In this document: positions 55,800 through 64,000 of the stretch, piece after piece | Layout: every line of letters starts with the position of its first letter | Position numbering within the stretch: position 1 is the first letter of the stretch | Source of the DNA: Candidatus Eiseniibacteriota bacterium | Lineage (GTDB): Bacteria > Eisenbacteria > RBG-16-71-46 > CAZAMP01 | Assembly (NCBI GenBank): GCA_965224245.1 | Contig: OZ245046.1 | Coordinates: 1,280,001 to 1,344,000 of the forward strand | Length of the DNA: 64,000 nt | Direction of reading: 5' to 3' | The notes under the pieces: generated by a model | What the model saw: only the letters and a program-made list of their open reading frames with translations | The model's database searches: none | Told to the model about the DNA's origin: nothing | Translations under genes and position numbers: made by a program

Positions 55800-58448
55800 G
55801 TGGGGCAGCTGCCGAAGACGTACGATCCGTCACAGATCGAGGCACGCTGGTACGAGGCGTGGGACCGCGAGGGTGCCTTCGCGCCCGACGCCGACACGGC
55901 GAAGCCGACGTACGTCATCATGATCCCCCCGCCGAACATCACCGGCATCCTTCACATGGGCCACGTCCTCAACAACACGCTCCAGGACATCCTGGTCCGC
56001 TGGCGGCGCCTGTCCGGCGACGCCGTGCTGTGGCTGCCGGGCACCGACCACGCCGGCATCGCGACCCAGAACCGCGTCAAGGAGAGCCTCCAGGAGGAGG
56101 GCATCGACATGCGCGATCTGGGCCGCGAGGCGTTCGTGGAGCGGTGCTGGGCCTGGCGCGAGCAGTACGGGGGCGCGATCATCCGGCAGCTCCGCCGCCT
56201 CGGCTGCTCGCTGGACTGGTCGCGCGAGCGCTTCACGATGGACGAGGGCCTCTCGCACGCGGTGCGCGTGGTGTTCGAGACGCTGTACGAGAAGGGGCTC
56301 ATCTACCAGGGAGACTACATGACCAACTGGTGCCCGACGTGCCAGTCCGCGCTGTCGGACGAGGAGGTCGAGCACCAGGAGGTGAAGGGACGGCTCTGGC
56401 ATCTCCGCTACCCGCTCTCCGACGGATCGGGCCACATGGTCGTGGCCACCACGCGACCCGAAACGATGGTCGGCGATCAGGCGGTCGCCGTGCATCCGGA
56501 GGACGAGCGCTATGCGCACGTGATCGGCAAGACCGTTCGACTTCCGATCGTCGAGCGCGAGGTGCCGATCATCGCCGACGAGTACGTGGATCGCGAGTTC
56601 GGGTCCGGAGCGGTGAAGATCACGCCGGGCCACGACCCGAACGACTTCGAGCTCGGACGGCGACACAACCTGACGGTGCTCACGGTCATGGACGCGGCCG
56701 GACGGATGACGTCGGCCGCGGGACCGCTGGCCGGAATGTCCCGCGAGGACGCGCGCGACGAGGTGGTCCGCCGGTTCGAGGAGGTCGACCTCCTCGAGGG
56801 CACGAAGTCCCACGTACACAACGTCGGGCATTGCTACCGGGACGGCGCCGTCATCGAGCCGATCGTCAGCCGGCAGTGGTTCGTCAAGATGGCGCCCCTG
56901 GCTGCGCCGGCCATCGAGGCCGTGCGGGACGGCCGGATCACGTTCACCCCCGAGCGCTGGGCGAAGACGTACTTCCACTGGATGGAGAACATCCGCGACT
57001 GGTGCATCAGCCGCCAGCTCTGGTGGGGGCACCGGATCCCGGTCTGGTACTGCGAGGCGTGCGGTGAGGCGCATCTCGAGAAGGAGCTCGAGAAGTGCAA
57101 GTCGTGCGGCGCCAACGCGTTTCAGCAGGACCCCGACGTCCTCGACACCTGGTTCTCGTCGTGGCTCTGGCCGTTCTCCACGCTCGGCTGGCCCGAGGAG
57201 ACGCCCGATCTCGCCCGGTTCTACCCGGGGAACACGCTCGTCACCGGCCCGGACATCATCTTCTTCTGGGTGGCCCGCATGATCATGGCGGGGATGGAGT
57301 TCCGGGGCGAGATCCCGTTCCACGACGTCGTGTTCAACGGCATCGTCCGCGACGACATCGGTCGCAAGATGTCCAAGAGCCTCGGGAACTCGCCCGACCC
57401 GATCGACATCATCGACGCGAACGGAGCGGATGCGCTGCGGTTCACGATGGTCTACCTGATGCCCAAGGACGGAGACGTCAACTTCGCCGAGAAGAAGGTC
57501 GAGACCGGTAGCTTCTTCGCGAACAAGCTCTGGCAGGTCTCCCGCTTCGTTCTGATGAAGCTCGGAGACGAGTCCATAACCGACGCGCCGGCGGCCCGTT
57601 CGCTCGCCGACCGCTGGATCCGATCCCGGTTCGACGCCGTGGCCGCCGACACGACGCGATGCCTGGAGCGGTTCGAGTTCTCCGACGCGGCGCACCTGCT
57701 GTACGACTTTCTGTGGCACGAGTTCTGTGACTGGTACGTCGAGATGGTCAAGGTGCCGCTGGATCCCAGGCGGGACGTGCCGGCACCGGCCCGGGCCGCC
57801 GCCCGCGCCACGCTGGTGGACGTGCTCGCGGGAACGCTCGCGCTCCTGCATCCGTTCATGCCGTTCATCACCGAGGAGATCCACGCCCAGCTTCCGGGCG
57901 AGCGGGGTCATCTGGCGGTGGGGCGGTGGCCCCGCTCGGGGGGGACGCGTGACGTGGAGCTCGAGGCCCGGATGAAGGTCCTGATGGGGGTCGTGACCAC
58001 GATCCGGAACCTCCGGAGCGAGATGAACGTCCCACCGGCGAAGACGGCGGACGTGACGCTCCGGACGCCCGCCGGCGTGGCCGAGTGGCTCGCCGACGAG
58101 GTGGATCTGATCGCGGCGCTGACGCGCGCGGGGTCGATCGCCGTCGGCCCGGACGTGGAGCCCCAGATGCCCGCGTCGTCGGGGGTCCAGCACGACGTGG
58201 AGGTCTTCGTTCACTTGCAAGGTCTGGTCGACGTCGACGCCGAGATGGATCGACTCCGGCGGGAGCTCGACAAGGCGTCGGCACACTACCAGTCGACGTT
58301 CAAGAAGCTCAGCAACAAGGACTTCCTCGACCGGGCGCCCGAAGACGTCATTGCCCGGGAACGCGAGCGACTGGTGCGGCTGGAATCGGACCGGGAGAAG
58401 CTGAGCCGCTCGCTGGCCGTCCTGAGCGGCGAGCCGGACGCGTCGTAG
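55800..58448 (+). CDS. valS: Valyl-tRNA synthetase
   Basis: PPPNITGILHMGH, PGTDHAGIATQ, ATTRPET, DWCISRQLWWGH, DVLDTWFSS, KMSKS, C-terminal coiled coil. Confidence 0.98.
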   Translation: MGQLPKTYDPSQIEARWYEAWDREGAFAPDADTAKPTYVIMIPPPNITGILHMGHVLNNTLQDILVRWRRLSGDAVLWLPGTDHAGIATQNRVKESLQEEGIDMRDLGREAFVERCWAWREQYGGAIIRQLRRLGCSLDWSRERFTMDEGLSHAVRVVFETLYEKGLIYQGDYMTNWCPTCQSALSDEEVEHQEVKGRLWHLRYPLSDGSGHMVVATTRPETMVGDQAVAVHPEDERYAHVIGKTVRLPIVEREVPIIADEYVDREFGSGAVKITPGHDPNDFELGRRHNLTVLTVMDAAGRMTSAAGPLAGMSREDARDEVVRRFEEVDLLEGTKSHVHNVGHCYRDGAVIEPIVSRQWFVKMAPLAAPAIEAVRDGRITFTPERWAKTYFHWMENIRDWCISRQLWWGHRIPVWYCEACGEAHLEKELEKCKSCGANAFQQDPDVLDTWFSSWLWPFSTLGWPEETPDLARFYPGNTLVTGPDIIFFWVARMIMAGMEFRGEIPFHDVVFNGIVRDDIGRKMSKSLGNSPDPIDIIDANGADALRFTMVYLMPKDGDVNFAEKKVETGSFFANKLWQVSRFVLMKLGDESITDAPAARSLADRWIRSRFDAVAADTTRCLERFEFSDAAHLLYDFLWHEFCDWYVEMVKVPLDPRRDVPAPARAAARATLVDVLAGTLALLHPFMPFITEEIHAQLPGERGHLAVGRWPRSGGTRDVELEARMKVLMGVVTTIRNLRSEMNVPPAKTADVTLRTPAGVAEWLADEVDLIAALTRAGSIAVGPDVEPQMPASSGVQHDVEVFVHLQGLVDVDAEMDRLRRELDKASAHYQSTFKKLSNKDFLDRAPEDVIARERERLVRLESDREKLSRSLAVLSGEPDAS

Positions 58449-58553
58449 CCCGCGACGTTCCCGGCTGGACGCCCGTCGCAGCCGACTCCCGAGGACCGTT
58501 GCGTCCGCGACGGCCCGATCGACGACACGCGCCCGAGCGGAAGGAACCGACGC

Positions 58554-59903
58554 ATGAACCTCTCATCCTGTTTCTCCACGCGGCGACTGGCCACCAGCGC
58601 GGCGCTCTGCCTCGTCACGGCCATCGGCACGGAGGCTGACATGATCAGCATCACCGCTTACAACGACAACCTGGCGCTGGTGAGGGACACCCGTCACCTC
58701 TCGCTGGAGAAGGGCGCCAACGACGTGCGCCTCGCCGACGTCGCGGCCCTCATCGATCCCACGTCGGTGTTGCTGTCCGGGGACGGCGTGGGCGTCGTCG
58801 AGCAGAACTTCGAGTTCGACCTGGCCGATGGGGAGCGCATCCTCCAGAAGTACCTGGATCGCGAGCTGACGGTGGTCCTGGAGTCGGGCGACGTGCACAC
58901 GGGGCGTCTGGTCAGCCACTCGTCGGGATCGCTGGTCCTGGTCCAGGGCGACCGCACGATGGCGCTGAACCGCGAGCGCGTCGATCGGATCGACTACCCC
59001 GAGCTCCCCGGTGGGCTCACCACCAAGCCCACGCTCGTGTGGACGCTGAACGCCGACCGCGCGGGAGACCACGACGTCACCCTGTCGTATCTGACGAGGG
59101 GTGTGTCGTGGCACGCGGAGTACGTGGCGCTGGTGAACGAGGACGACACCGCGCTGGAGCTGAACGCATGGGTGTCGCTGGAGAACACCAGCGGCGCGAC
59201 GTACGACGGGGCGCGGCTCCAGCTGGTGGCGGGGACCATCAACCGCGCCCAGCCCGAGCGCAAGGGGCGCAGGTTGGACTTCGCAATGGGCGCCGACGCT
59301 CGTGCGCCGGAGTTCGAGGAGGAGTCGTTCTTCGAGTATCACCTGTACACCCTCGACACTCCGGTCACGGTGAAGGACCGGCAGACCAAGCAGGTGGCGC
59401 TCTTCCCGGCGGCGTCGGTGGGCGAGGTGGAGAAGCGCTACGTCTATCGGGGTGGCAGAGCGGTCCAGGTTCGCCTGGAGTTCGAGAACGCCGCGGCGAA
59501 CGGTCTCGGGCTCGCGTTGCCCAAGGGCGTGGTCCGGGTCTACAAGGCCGACAGCCGCGGAGGCGCCCAGCTCGTGGGCGAGGACCGCATCGCGCACACG
59601 CCGCGCGACGAACGCGTGGAGCTCGTGCTCGGCAATGCGTTCGACATCACCGGCGAGCGCACGGTCAAGGACGTCCGCCAGATCGGACAGCGGGTCCAGG
59701 ATCAGACGGTCGAGATCGTGCTCCGCAACCACAAGGACACCGACGTCACCGTGAAGGTCGAGGAGCAGGCGTGGGGCGACTGGAGCGTCACCGAGTCGAC
59801 CCATCCGTACGAGAAGGAGTCGGCCACGTTGCTGTCGTTCGAGATCCCGGTGGAGTCCGACGGCGAGACCACGCTCACGTTCACGCTTCGCACCCAGCGC
59901 TGA
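58554..59903 (+). CDS. Exported DUF4139-like protein
   Basis: Signal-like N-terminus, TAYNDNLALVRDTR, EQNFEFDL, LTTKPTL, YLTRGVSWHAEY, EYHLY, LPKGVVRVY. Confidence 0.75.
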   Translation: MNLSSCFSTRRLATSAALCLVTAIGTEADMISITAYNDNLALVRDTRHLSLEKGANDVRLADVAALIDPTSVLLSGDGVGVVEQNFEFDLADGERILQKYLDRELTVVLESGDVHTGRLVSHSSGSLVLVQGDRTMALNRERVDRIDYPELPGGLTTKPTLVWTLNADRAGDHDVTLSYLTRGVSWHAEYVALVNEDDTALELNAWVSLENTSGATYDGARLQLVAGTINRAQPERKGRRLDFAMGADARAPEFEEESFFEYHLYTLDTPVTVKDRQTKQVALFPAASVGEVEKRYVYRGGRAVQVRLEFENAAANGLGLALPKGVVRVYKADSRGGAQLVGEDRIAHTPRDERVELVLGNAFDITGERTVKDVRQIGQRVQDQTVEIVLRNHKDTDVTVKVEEQAWGDWSVTESTHPYEKESATLLSFEIPVESDGETTLTFTLRTQR

Positions 59904-59906
59904 GCA

Positions 59907-61904
59907 ATGCCGGCGTTCGATCTCGTCTCGAAGTACTCGCCGACCGGCGATCAGCCGGGCGCGATCCGGGAGCTCGCCGAGGGGCTCCGGGCCGGGGAGC
60001 GTGACCAGACGCTCCTCGGCGTCACCGGATCGGGGAAGACGTTCACGATCGCGAACGTGATCGCCCAGATCGGCAAGCCCACGCTGGTCATCAGCCACAA
60101 CAAGACGCTGGCGGCTCAGCTCTACGGCGAGTTCCGGAGCTTCTTCCCGAGCAACGCGGTCGGGTACTTCGTCTCGTACTACGACTACTACCAGCCCGAA
60201 GCCTACATGCCGCGGACCGACACCTACATCGAGAAGGACGCGACGATCAACGAGGACATCGATCGGCTGCGTCTGAAGGCCACGGCCGATCTCCTCAGCC
60301 GTGACGACGTCGTGATCATCGCCAGCGTCTCGTGCATCTACGGTCTGGGGGATCCGAGCAACTTCCGCGGACTGATGCTCTCGGTGGAGACCGGGGGTGA
60401 GATCGCGCGCGAGGACATCCTCCACGCGCTCGTGGGGATCCAGTACTCGCGGAACGACATCGAGCTCCGGCGGGGCACGTTCCGCGTGCGCGGCGACGTG
60501 ATCGAGGTCTTTCCCGCGTACGAGGAGGCCGCCGTCCGGATCGAGATGTTCGGGGACGAGATCGAGGGTATCCGGGACATCGACCCCCTGACCGGCAAGA
60601 CGCTCGGGCAACGCGACCGGATCGCGATCTATCCGGCCAAGCACTTCGTGACGAGCCGCGATCGGCTCGACGACGCGATCACCCGGATCCGCGCCGAGCT
60701 GGATGAGCGCCACACGGCGCTGATGCGGGAGAACAAGCTCCTGGAGGCCGAGCGCCTGTGGAACCGGACTCGGTTCGATCTCGAGATGATGCGTGAGGTG
60801 GGCTACTGCCCCGGCATCGAGAACTACTCGCGTCACATGGACGGCCGGGAGGCGGGCACGCCTCCGAACACGCTCATGGAGTACTTCCCGGACGACTTTC
60901 TGCTGATCATCGACGAGAGCCACGTCACGCTGCCCCAGATCCGGGCGATGTTCGTCGGAGATCACAATCGCAAGTCCACGCTCGTGGACTACGGGTTCCG
61001 GCTCCCGTCGGCAAAGGACAACCGCCCGCTGCGGTTCGAGGAGTTCGAGGAGCGGATCTCGCAGGTGATCTACGTCTCGGCGACGCCCGGCGATTACGAG
61101 CTGGAGCGAACCGAGGGAGTGTTCGTGGAGCAGGTGATCCGCCCCACCGGCCTGATGGACCCCGAGATCGAGGTCCGTCCGGTGGCGGGCCAGATGGACG
61201 ACCTCCTCGACGAGGTCAGGACGCGCGCCGAGCGCAAGGAGCGCGTGCTCGTCACCACGCTGACCAAGCGAATGGCCGAGGACCTGACCGACTACTTCGC
61301 GGAGATGGGTGTCCGCGTGCGCTACATCCACGCCGACGTGGACGCGATCGAGCGCGTGAAGCTCCTCCGCGGGCTCCGGCTGGCCGAGTTCGACGTGCTG
61401 GTGGGGATCAACCTCCTCCGCGAGGGGCTGGATCTGCCCGAGGTGAGCCTGGTGGCCATCCTGGACGCCGACAAGGAAGGCTACCTGCGCTCGGAGCGTT
61501 CCCTGATACAGACGGCCGGACGCGCCGCCCGCAACGCCGACGGCCGCGTGATCTTCTACGCCGACAAGGTGACGCGCTCGATGCGGGCCGCCATCGAGGA
61601 GACCGCGCGCCGGCGTCGCAAGCAAGAGGCCTACAACGAGGAGCACGGCATCACCCCCACGACCGTCACCAAGGCGGTGGCCGACATCATGGCCAGCACG
61701 AAGGTCGCCGACGCGTCGGTCAAGGAGGAGACGCCGTCCCGCACCGAGCGTCTGGCGGCCCAGCTGGCCGAGGAGGGCGACATGGACGCCCTGATCGAGA
61801 AGCTGACCGACGACATGCTCGCGGCCGCCGAGCGACTGGAGTTCGAGACCGCGGCATCGCTGCGAGATCAGATCGACGATCTCGTTCAGCGGAGGCCCAC
61901 GTGA
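59907..61904 (+). CDS. uvrB: Excinuclease ABC subunit B
   Basis: [59 protein letters not shown] domain. Confidence 0.98.
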   Translation: MPAFDLVSKYSPTGDQPGAIRELAEGLRAGERDQTLLGVTGSGKTFTIANVIAQIGKPTLVISHNKTLAAQLYGEFRSFFPSNAVGYFVSYYDYYQPEAYMPRTDTYIEKDATINEDIDRLRLKATADLLSRDDVVIIASVSCIYGLGDPSNFRGLMLSVETGGEIAREDILHALVGIQYSRNDIELRRGTFRVRGDVIEVFPAYEEAAVRIEMFGDEIEGIRDIDPLTGKTLGQRDRIAIYPAKHFVTSRDRLDDAITRIRAELDERHTALMRENKLLEAERLWNRTRFDLEMMREVGYCPGIENYSRHMDGREAGTPPNTLMEYFPDDFLLIIDESHVTLPQIRAMFVGDHNRKSTLVDYGFRLPSAKDNRPLRFEEFEERISQVIYVSATPGDYELERTEGVFVEQVIRPTGLMDPEIEVRPVAGQMDDLLDEVRTRAERKERVLVTTLTKRMAEDLTDYFAEMGVRVRYIHADVDAIERVKLLRGLRLAEFDVLVGINLLREGLDLPEVSLVAILDADKEGYLRSERSLIQTAGRAARNADGRVIFYADKVTRSMRAAIEETARRRRKQEAYNEEHGITPTTVTKAVADIMASTKVADASVKEETPSRTERLAAQLAEEGDMDALIEKLTDDMLAAAERLEFETAASLRDQIDDLVQRRPT

Positions 61905-62848
61905 TCCCCGAGCCCGCGCATCCTCAGGCCCGGTGGCCCGGCGGAGACGAGCTCGACGCGCTGATCGCACGGTCGCTGGACGAGGACGTCGGACCGGGTG
62001 ATCTCACGACGACCGCCACGGTGCCCCGAGACGCCAGAGGGTCGGCCGTGATCGTGGCCAAGGCCGCCGGGCGACTGGCCGGCCTCCCGTCGCTGGCGTC
62101 GGTGTTCACGGCCGTCGCGCGCCGGGGTGCCGGGGGCCAGGTCGACGTCCGGTGCGAGCGCCGCGATGGGGATCGGGTCGAGGCCGGCACGCGGGTCGCG
62201 GCGCTGACGGGCTCGCTCCGGACGCTCCTGGTGGGCGAGCGAGTTGCCTTGAATCTGCTCGGGCATCTGTCCGGCATCGCGACGCTGACCGACCGGCTCG
62301 TGGCCGACGTCTCGGGTACCGGCGCCCGGATCGTCGACACGCGAAAGACGATCCCCGGTCTTCGCGAGCTGGCCAAGTACGCGGTGCGCTGCGGCGGAGG
62401 CGTGAACCACCGGCACGGCCTGTACGACGCGGTTCTGATCAAGGAGAACCACGTCGCGGCCGCGGGAGGCGTTCCCGAAGCCGTGCGCCGCGCGCTGGAC
62501 GCGATCGCGGCGCGAGGAGCGCCGGCGCCGGGAGACGCACCGATCCCCGTGCAGGTGGAGGTCACGACGCTCGGCGAGGCGAGGGAAGCCGTGGGGGCCG
62601 GCGCCCGGATGCTCCTTCTCGACAACATGTCGCCCGCCGACGTCCGGGACGCGGTGGCCGGGCTGTCCCGGTCCCACCCCGAGGTCACGATCGAGGTCTC
62701 CGGTGGGCTCACGCGAGCGAACGTCCGCGCGTACGCGGAGGCGGGTGCGCACCGGCTCTCGATCGGAGCGCTGACCCACTCCGCGCCCGTGCTCGACCTC
62801 TCGATGCGGGTCGACCGGACCACGGCCGGGTCGGGCGAGGCGGGATGA
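61901..62848 (+). CDS. nadC: Quinolinate phosphoribosyltransferase
   Basis: [61 protein letters not shown]. Confidence 0.95.
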   Translation: MIPEPAHPQARWPGGDELDALIARSLDEDVGPGDLTTTATVPRDARGSAVIVAKAAGRLAGLPSLASVFTAVARRGAGGQVDVRCERRDGDRVEAGTRVAALTGSLRTLLVGERVALNLLGHLSGIATLTDRLVADVSGTGARIVDTRKTIPGLRELAKYAVRCGGGVNHRHGLYDAVLIKENHVAAAGGVPEAVRRALDAIAARGAPAPGDAPIPVQVEVTTLGEAREAVGAGARMLLLDNMSPADVRDAVAGLSRSHPEVTIEVSGGLTRANVRAYAEAGAHRLSIGALTHSAPVLDLSMRVDRTTAGSGEAG

Positions 62849-63672
62849 CGCCCGACCGCGCCGGCTACGACGTGACCCGGCTCCACGCGTTGTTCGAGTC
62901 GTCGCCGCTGGGAGGGGAGCTGGACGTTCGAGGCGCGGTCGACTCGACGAACTCCATCGCGCGCGAGCACGCCGAGCGGGGCGCCGGTCACGGAACGCTC
63001 GTGATCGCCGACGAGCAGCGCCGGGGACGCGGGCGGCTCGAGCGTGGATGGTACTCGCCCCCCGGAGTCGGCCTCTGGATGACGATCGTGACGCGGCCCG
63101 AGCTGGGACCTCTCGCCGGGGCGCTCGTGCCGCTGGCGGCCGGCGTCGGCGCGGCGGAGGGCCTCGAGCGGCTCCATACGGTCAGGATCGCGCTGAAATG
63201 GCCGAACGATGTCATGATGGACGGCCGTAAGCTCGGTGGGATCCTGGTCGAGTCCGCGACGCGGGGGGACCGGCTCCACTGGGCGCTGGTCGGCATCGGG
63301 ATCAATCTGACCACGCCGCCGGAGGCGTTTCCGGCGGACGTCGGGCCTCACGCGACGTCGCTCCGGCAGGCGGGCATCGAGCGCGTCGATCGCGAGGCGA
63401 CGGCGATCGCGGTGGCGGTCGGCGTGGTCTCGGCCGTCGAGCGTCTCGAGTCGGACGCGAGCGGGCTTCTGGAGGCTTTCGAGACCCGGGACGCGCTCCG
63501 GGGACGCCGGGTGCGCGTGCACGGCGCGCGCCTGCACGACCGCGACCCGACCGTCGAGGCGAGCTTCGAGGGAACGGCATCCGGGATCGACCCGACCGGA
63601 GCGCTCCGCGTCGACGTGGACGGCGAGCGTCACGTGGTGCGCATGGGCTCGATCCGGGTGATTGACCCTTGA
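62845..63672 (+). CDS. birA: Biotin-protein ligase (no N-terminal HTH)
   Basis: DSTN, ADEQRRGRGRLERGWYSP, LKWPND, KLGGILVE, GIGIN. Confidence 0.92.
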   Translation: MTPDRAGYDVTRLHALFESSPLGGELDVRGAVDSTNSIAREHAERGAGHGTLVIADEQRRGRGRLERGWYSPPGVGLWMTIVTRPELGPLAGALVPLAAGVGAAEGLERLHTVRIALKWPNDVMMDGRKLGGILVESATRGDRLHWALVGIGINLTTPPEAFPADVGPHATSLRQAGIERVDREATAIAVAVGVVSAVERLESDASGLLEAFETRDALRGRRVRVHGARLHDRDPTVEASFEGTASGIDPTGALRVDVDGERHVVRMGSIRVIDP

Positions 63673-63750
63673 GGCCGGTCGGCAGGGACGGCTACACTGG
63701 CAAGCCTGTATATTTACGCCGCTTAGCCGTGCACCGAGGCCATTTCTCAC

Positions 63751-64000
63751 ATGGATCAGCCTGACAACGCAAAATCGGGTCCGCGCATCGTCGAGCGGCA
63801 AGCGCACACGATCTCGCGCCGCGACATCGATCCCGACGCGCTGAAGGTCCTGTACCGCCTGGCGCGCAACCGCCTCACGGGATACCTCGTCGGGGGCGGC
63901 GTGCGGGATCTGCTGCTGGGACGAGAGCCCAAGGACTTCGACATCGGGACGCATGCGACGCCACCGGAGCTGCGACGCCTGTTCAAGAACAGCCGTACCA
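63751..64000 (+). CDS. pcnB: Poly(A) polymerase PcnB-like nucleotidyltransferase (3'-truncated by window edge)
   Basis: HTISRRDIDPDALKVLYRL, YLVGGGVRDLLLGREPKDFDI, ATP..LRRLFKNSR. Confidence 0.85.
   Translation, partial: MDQPDNAKSGPRIVERQAHTISRRDIDPDALKVLYRLARNRLTGYLVGGGVRDLLLGREPKDFDIGTHATPPELRRLFKNSRT

Noticed and set aside
58563-61970. Very long antisense and alternate-frame ORFs (this 1135-aa one, also 49768-52854, 20377-23211, 28446-31229, 34109-36967, 55830-58286)
   Set aside because: They shadow well-identified genes, are Arg/Gly/Ala-rich without motifs, and are expected from stop-codon scarcity at about 70% GC

Overview
A GC-rich (roughly 70% by eye) bacterial chromosomal segment, almost all on the + strand, with no rRNA, tRNA, CRISPR or mobile element that I can support. 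The gene mix (meso-DAP MurE, PASTA-bearing FtsI, MglA, sigma54 signalling) suggests a diderm such as an Eisenbacteria/Latescibacterota-like lineage; this is inference only. Layout: (1) 1-14.8 kb, dcw cluster rsmH-ftsL-ftsI-murE-murF-mraY-murD-ftsW-murG-murC-ftsQ-ftsZ, lacking murB, ddl and ftsA. (2) 15-33 kb, TPR proteins, an uncharacterised four-gene membrane operon, recG, a zinc-ribbon protein, an extended MglA GTPase, orphan trpA, uppP, leuS and a membrane phosphodiesterase. (3) 33-55.6 kb, a signalling island. (4) 55.8-64 kb, valS, DUF4139-like protein, uvrB, nadC, birA and partial pcnB. The standout is the island. It holds the regulatory parts of a flagellar regulon (flgN, fliW, csrA, a flagellin lacking its D0 polymerisation/export ends, flgM, a PAS kinase with sigma54 activator, a catalytically dead CheB-like protein, fliA and a SwrB-like gene) but no structural flagellar genes. 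Four sigma54 promoters, two sigma28 promoters and CsrA-type sites are readable in the DNA. The best sigma28 promoter drives an unannotated 28-aa membrane peptide, and a GGA-rich structured CsrB-like RNA candidate lies beside it. It looks like a flagellar control circuit repurposed for another output, but whether structural genes exist elsewhere in the genome cannot be seen from this window.
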